Assembly (NCBI RefSeq): GCF_023055435.1
Contig: NW_025964383.1
Location: 26,474,001 to 26,538,000 of the forward strand
Origin: Haliotis rufescens
Lineage: Eukaryota
Direction: 5' to 3'
Length of the DNA: 64,000 nucleotides
The notes below the pieces were generated by a model. That model made no database searches. It was not told the origin of the DNA and saw only the letters and a list, made by a program, of their open reading frames with translations. Below are positions 60,108-64,000 of this stretch, in pieces; within the stretch, counting starts at the first letter, position 1; every line of letters starts with the position of its first letter. The position numbers were made by a program, and so were the translations under genes.

Positions 60108-62140
60108 ATACCTCCCTTTACACAGACACACCTACCCTCTGTCTACCTACCTACAGACACACCTACCCTCTGTCTACCTACCTACAGACACACCTTCCCA
60201 CTGTCTACCTACCTACAGACACACCTACCCACTGTCTACCTACCTACAGACACATCTACCCTCTGTCTACCTACCTACAGACACACCTACCCTCTGTCTA
60301 CCTACCTACAGACACACCTTCCCACTGTCTAACTACCTACAGACACACATACCCTCTGTCTACCTACCTACAGACACACCTACCCTCTGTCTACCTCCCT
60401 ACAGGCACACCTACCCTCTGTCTACCTACCTACAGACACACCTAACCACTGTCTACCTCCCTACAGACACACCTTCCCTATGTCTACCTACCTACAGACA
60501 CACCTACCCTCTGTCTACCTACCTACAGACACACCTACCCTCTGTCTACCTACCTACAGACACACCTTCCCACTGTCTACCTACCTACAGACACACCTAT
60601 CCACTGTCTACCTACCTACAGACACACCTACCCTCTGTCTACCAACCTACAGACACACATACCCTCTGTCTACCAACCTACAGACACACCTTCCCACTGT
60701 CTACCTACCTACAGACACACATACCCTCTGTCTACCTACCTACAGACACATCTACCCTCTGTCTACCTACCAACAGACACACCTACCCTCTGTCTACCTC
60801 CCTACAGACACATCTACCCTCTGTCTAACTACCTACAGACACACCTACCCTCTGTCTACCTTCCTACAGGCACACCTACCCTCTGTCTACCTCCCTACAG
60901 ACACACCTACCCTCTGTCTACCTACCTACAGAGACACCTACCCTCTGTCTACCTACCTACAGACACACCTACCCACTGTCTTCCTACCTACAGACACACC
61001 TACCCACTGTCTACCTACCTACAGACACACCTTCCCACTGTCTACCTACCTACAGACACACCTACCCACTGTCTACCTACCTACAGACACACCTTCCCAC
61101 TGTCTACCTACCTACAGACACATCTACCCTCTGTCTACCTACCTACAGGCACACCTACCCTCTGTCTACAACCCTACAGACACACCTACCCTCTGTCTAC
61201 CTACCTACAGAGACACCTACCCTCTGTCTACCTACCTACAGACACACCTTCCCACTGTCTTCCTACCTACAGACACACCTACCCACTGTCTACCTACCTA
61301 CAGACACACCTTCCCACTGTCTACCTACCTACAGACACACCTACCCACTGTCTACCTACCTACAGACACACCTACCCTCTGTCTACCTCCCTACAGACAC
61401 ATCTACCCTCTGTCTACCTACCTACAGACACACCTACCCTCTGTCTACCTCCCTACAGACACACCTACCCTCTGTCTACCTTCCTACAGGCACACCTACC
61501 ATCTGTCTACCTCCCTACAGACACACCTACCCTCTGTCTACCTACCTACAGAGACACCTACCCTCTGTCTACCTTCCTACAGACACACCTTCCCACTGTC
61601 TACCTACCTACAGACACACCTACCCACTGTCTACCTACCTACAGACACACCTTCCCACTGTCTACCTACCTACAGACACACCTACCCTCTGTGAACCTCC
61701 CTACAGACAAACCTACCCTCTGTCTATCTCTAAACAGACACACCTTCCCACTGTCTACCTACCTACAGACACACCTACCCACTGTCTTCCTCCCTACAGG
61801 CACATCTACCCTCTGTCTACCTACACACAGACAAACCTACCCACTGTCTACCTACCTACACACAGACAAACCTACCCTCTGTCTATCTCTATACAGACAC
61901 ACCTTCCCACTGTCTACCTACCTACAGACACACCTACCCACTGTCTTCCTCCCTACAGGCACATCTACTCTCTGTCTACCTACACACAGACAAACCTACC
62001 CACTGTTTACCTGCACACAGACACACCTTCCCATGTGTCTACCTCCCTACACACAGACACACACACACACTGTCTACCTCCCCACACATCTACCAACTGG
62101 ATACCTCCCTATATACAGACACACCTACCCACTGTCTACC
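60108..62140. repeat. 31-bp C-rich minisatellite (about 65 units)
   Basis: Unit ctacagacacacctaccctctgtctacctac. Confidence 0.95.
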
Positions 62141-64000
62141 ATCAAGCCATTCATCATTTAGTTCAAGTTGTATCTTTAATTCTCAAGGCAATGCAAACTA
62201 TAACTCTGAAACTGTTTCAATGGAGGTACATTCACCTGATAGATCCACAAGGTGTTTTAATGTGTGTATGATAGATCGTGTATACCGGGCCATAAATCAG
62301 ACGCCAACTCAGGCGTGACTGGCCTGTTCTTGTTCCCTGAATACATCCATCACGACCCACTGTCGTCATCTTAAACCCACGTTTTCAACTACTAGTATTT
62401 CCTCCTTTGAATGATGACGTATACCACCTGATCTAAACGTTGTACACACATACCGTTGAAGACTTCTGGGACAATTTACTTTTTTTCTCCCCAAGAATAT
62501 CCAATTGTCTGTTCTTAAGTACAGATTTATATTTGGTGAATTTACAAATTTGACAATTTATGATATTTCAAAACGTACACTGGAAAACAATGCATCGTCG
62601 GACATATATACAAGGACAGTCATAGGCCATTTCGAAATAGATTCATAACTATACATACACCAAGGGTGATGAAGGGCGGGTACAGTTTTCTTTCAAAGGG
62701 GTTGAGTGGAGTGTGGTGGTGCGTGGTAGGACTAGTCCATTTGGGGGATCTTTTGAATCAGTTTGGGGTAGGCTGGGGTAAGTGGGGTGTTACATCATGA
62801 TAGTGACAGCCTGTTTTGAGTCAATTGCCAACTCTCCCTTCATCTCATGTCTATACATACCGTATCACAGATGGACACGCGATGGTAAAAACACTGTTTG
62901 TCCCCTAGTCAGCCAGTAGACACGATACACACGCTGACACAGCCATACTCCAATACAAACACTGTGTATATCATTGACATATCAAGAAGAAGTCGTTGGT
63001 TGCATAAAACCTCCACAAGGAAACACCAGCCCAGACACAAGACAATACATAAATATCAAGATGATATACTCTTACCTAGAACGTCACAATAAATCAATTC
63101 CAGTGTCACGCTGCTGGCTTCAAACACATGCACACACCACTAACGACGTGACAACGTTCTTGTAGGAACGTCGCTAAGTGGAGCCCCACACCTGCATCAA
63201 ACTCAACCCTGGTCAACAACTGCCCCTAGCTATACAACACATACAAATCTTACCTGAAAGTAAGCGCTCGCGTACAGCTAATCCCGTAGGCCAATAATAA
63301 ACTGAAGCTTGGGACACAGGAAATATTATTCTGTGACAAGTTCACGACTTACCAGTATATGTCGCCCTCGTGGTCCGGGTTGACGCTTGTTATTCAAGAG
63401 GGTTATTTGCCATTTAATAAAATTAATTTATTCCATGGGGTTGTTGTCGTGGTCAGTGGAGTGTGTCAGGTAGTCGAGCGTGATGGGAACCAAGACCTGA
63501 GACTGGTGTAAGGCTGTGTGACACACGTAATATATCTCAGGCTTTATTTGGGTTGGGTTTAATGTAAATCCTTTGGACGTTTAAACATGATGAATTAAAT
63601 ACAGGGATTTGATCTTTGTTAGCAATTGTTGTTTGTAAAGTACAGGTGGCTTTGGTTTTTACACCTGAAGACAGTGTGTCTGTGAATAGTTTTATGACAT
63701 ACAATATGTAAATGAAAGGAAGTGAATTGTAGAATTAAATCAAGTTTCAAAATGATTGACAGACAGAGCGAATGCATGAAAAATTAGTGAATAGACAGAA
63801 AAATACCATTTCTCAATGTAAATACACACAGATCGTGGAATCTTGGTTACACTGTCATCATCTACTCGAGTAACCCACTAACTTACACAATTCCAACAAA
63901 GTTGTCTTGCCATCATGACACTCGAACAGTTCTGTTTGTTATTATCCATATATATACATGTACTTTGTAACTTTTATGTATTTATGATTGTATGTGAACT

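Noticed and set aside
59941-62271. 295, 404 and 156-aa repetitive ORFs
   Set aside because: Translations of a 31-bp minisatellite; no splice or domain support.

Overview
This is repeat-rich, AT-rich animal (eukaryotic) genomic DNA. The SINE content suggests a mollusc, probably an abalone-like gastropod (inference). The main gene is a minus-strand cadherin-related gene (PCDH15/Cad99C/CDHR5-like). I reconstructed 14 phase-consistent GT-AG coding exons from ATG 22118 down to 7926 (about 485 aa: signal peptide, EC1-EC4, start of EC5); I found no downstream or transmembrane exon in the window. The 3' end of a possible plus-strand gene (HYNSV, OTU-like) lies at 848-2649. The rest is four SINE-like families sharing a common 3' tail (many with TSDs), two decayed Penelope-like RT copies, Penelope-type hammerhead palindromes, Tc1/pogo MITEs, LINE fragments, many mini/microsatellites and two N gaps. 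Most ORFs in the supplied track are repeat artefacts. The three most notable observations are: (1) a perfect 24-nt intronic reverse complement of a cadherin exon 3.4 kb away; (2) a 27-copy minisatellite whose unit is a U3-A8 hammerhead-ribozyme core; (3) a hammerhead-bearing palindrome that abuts or supplies a cadherin splice donor.
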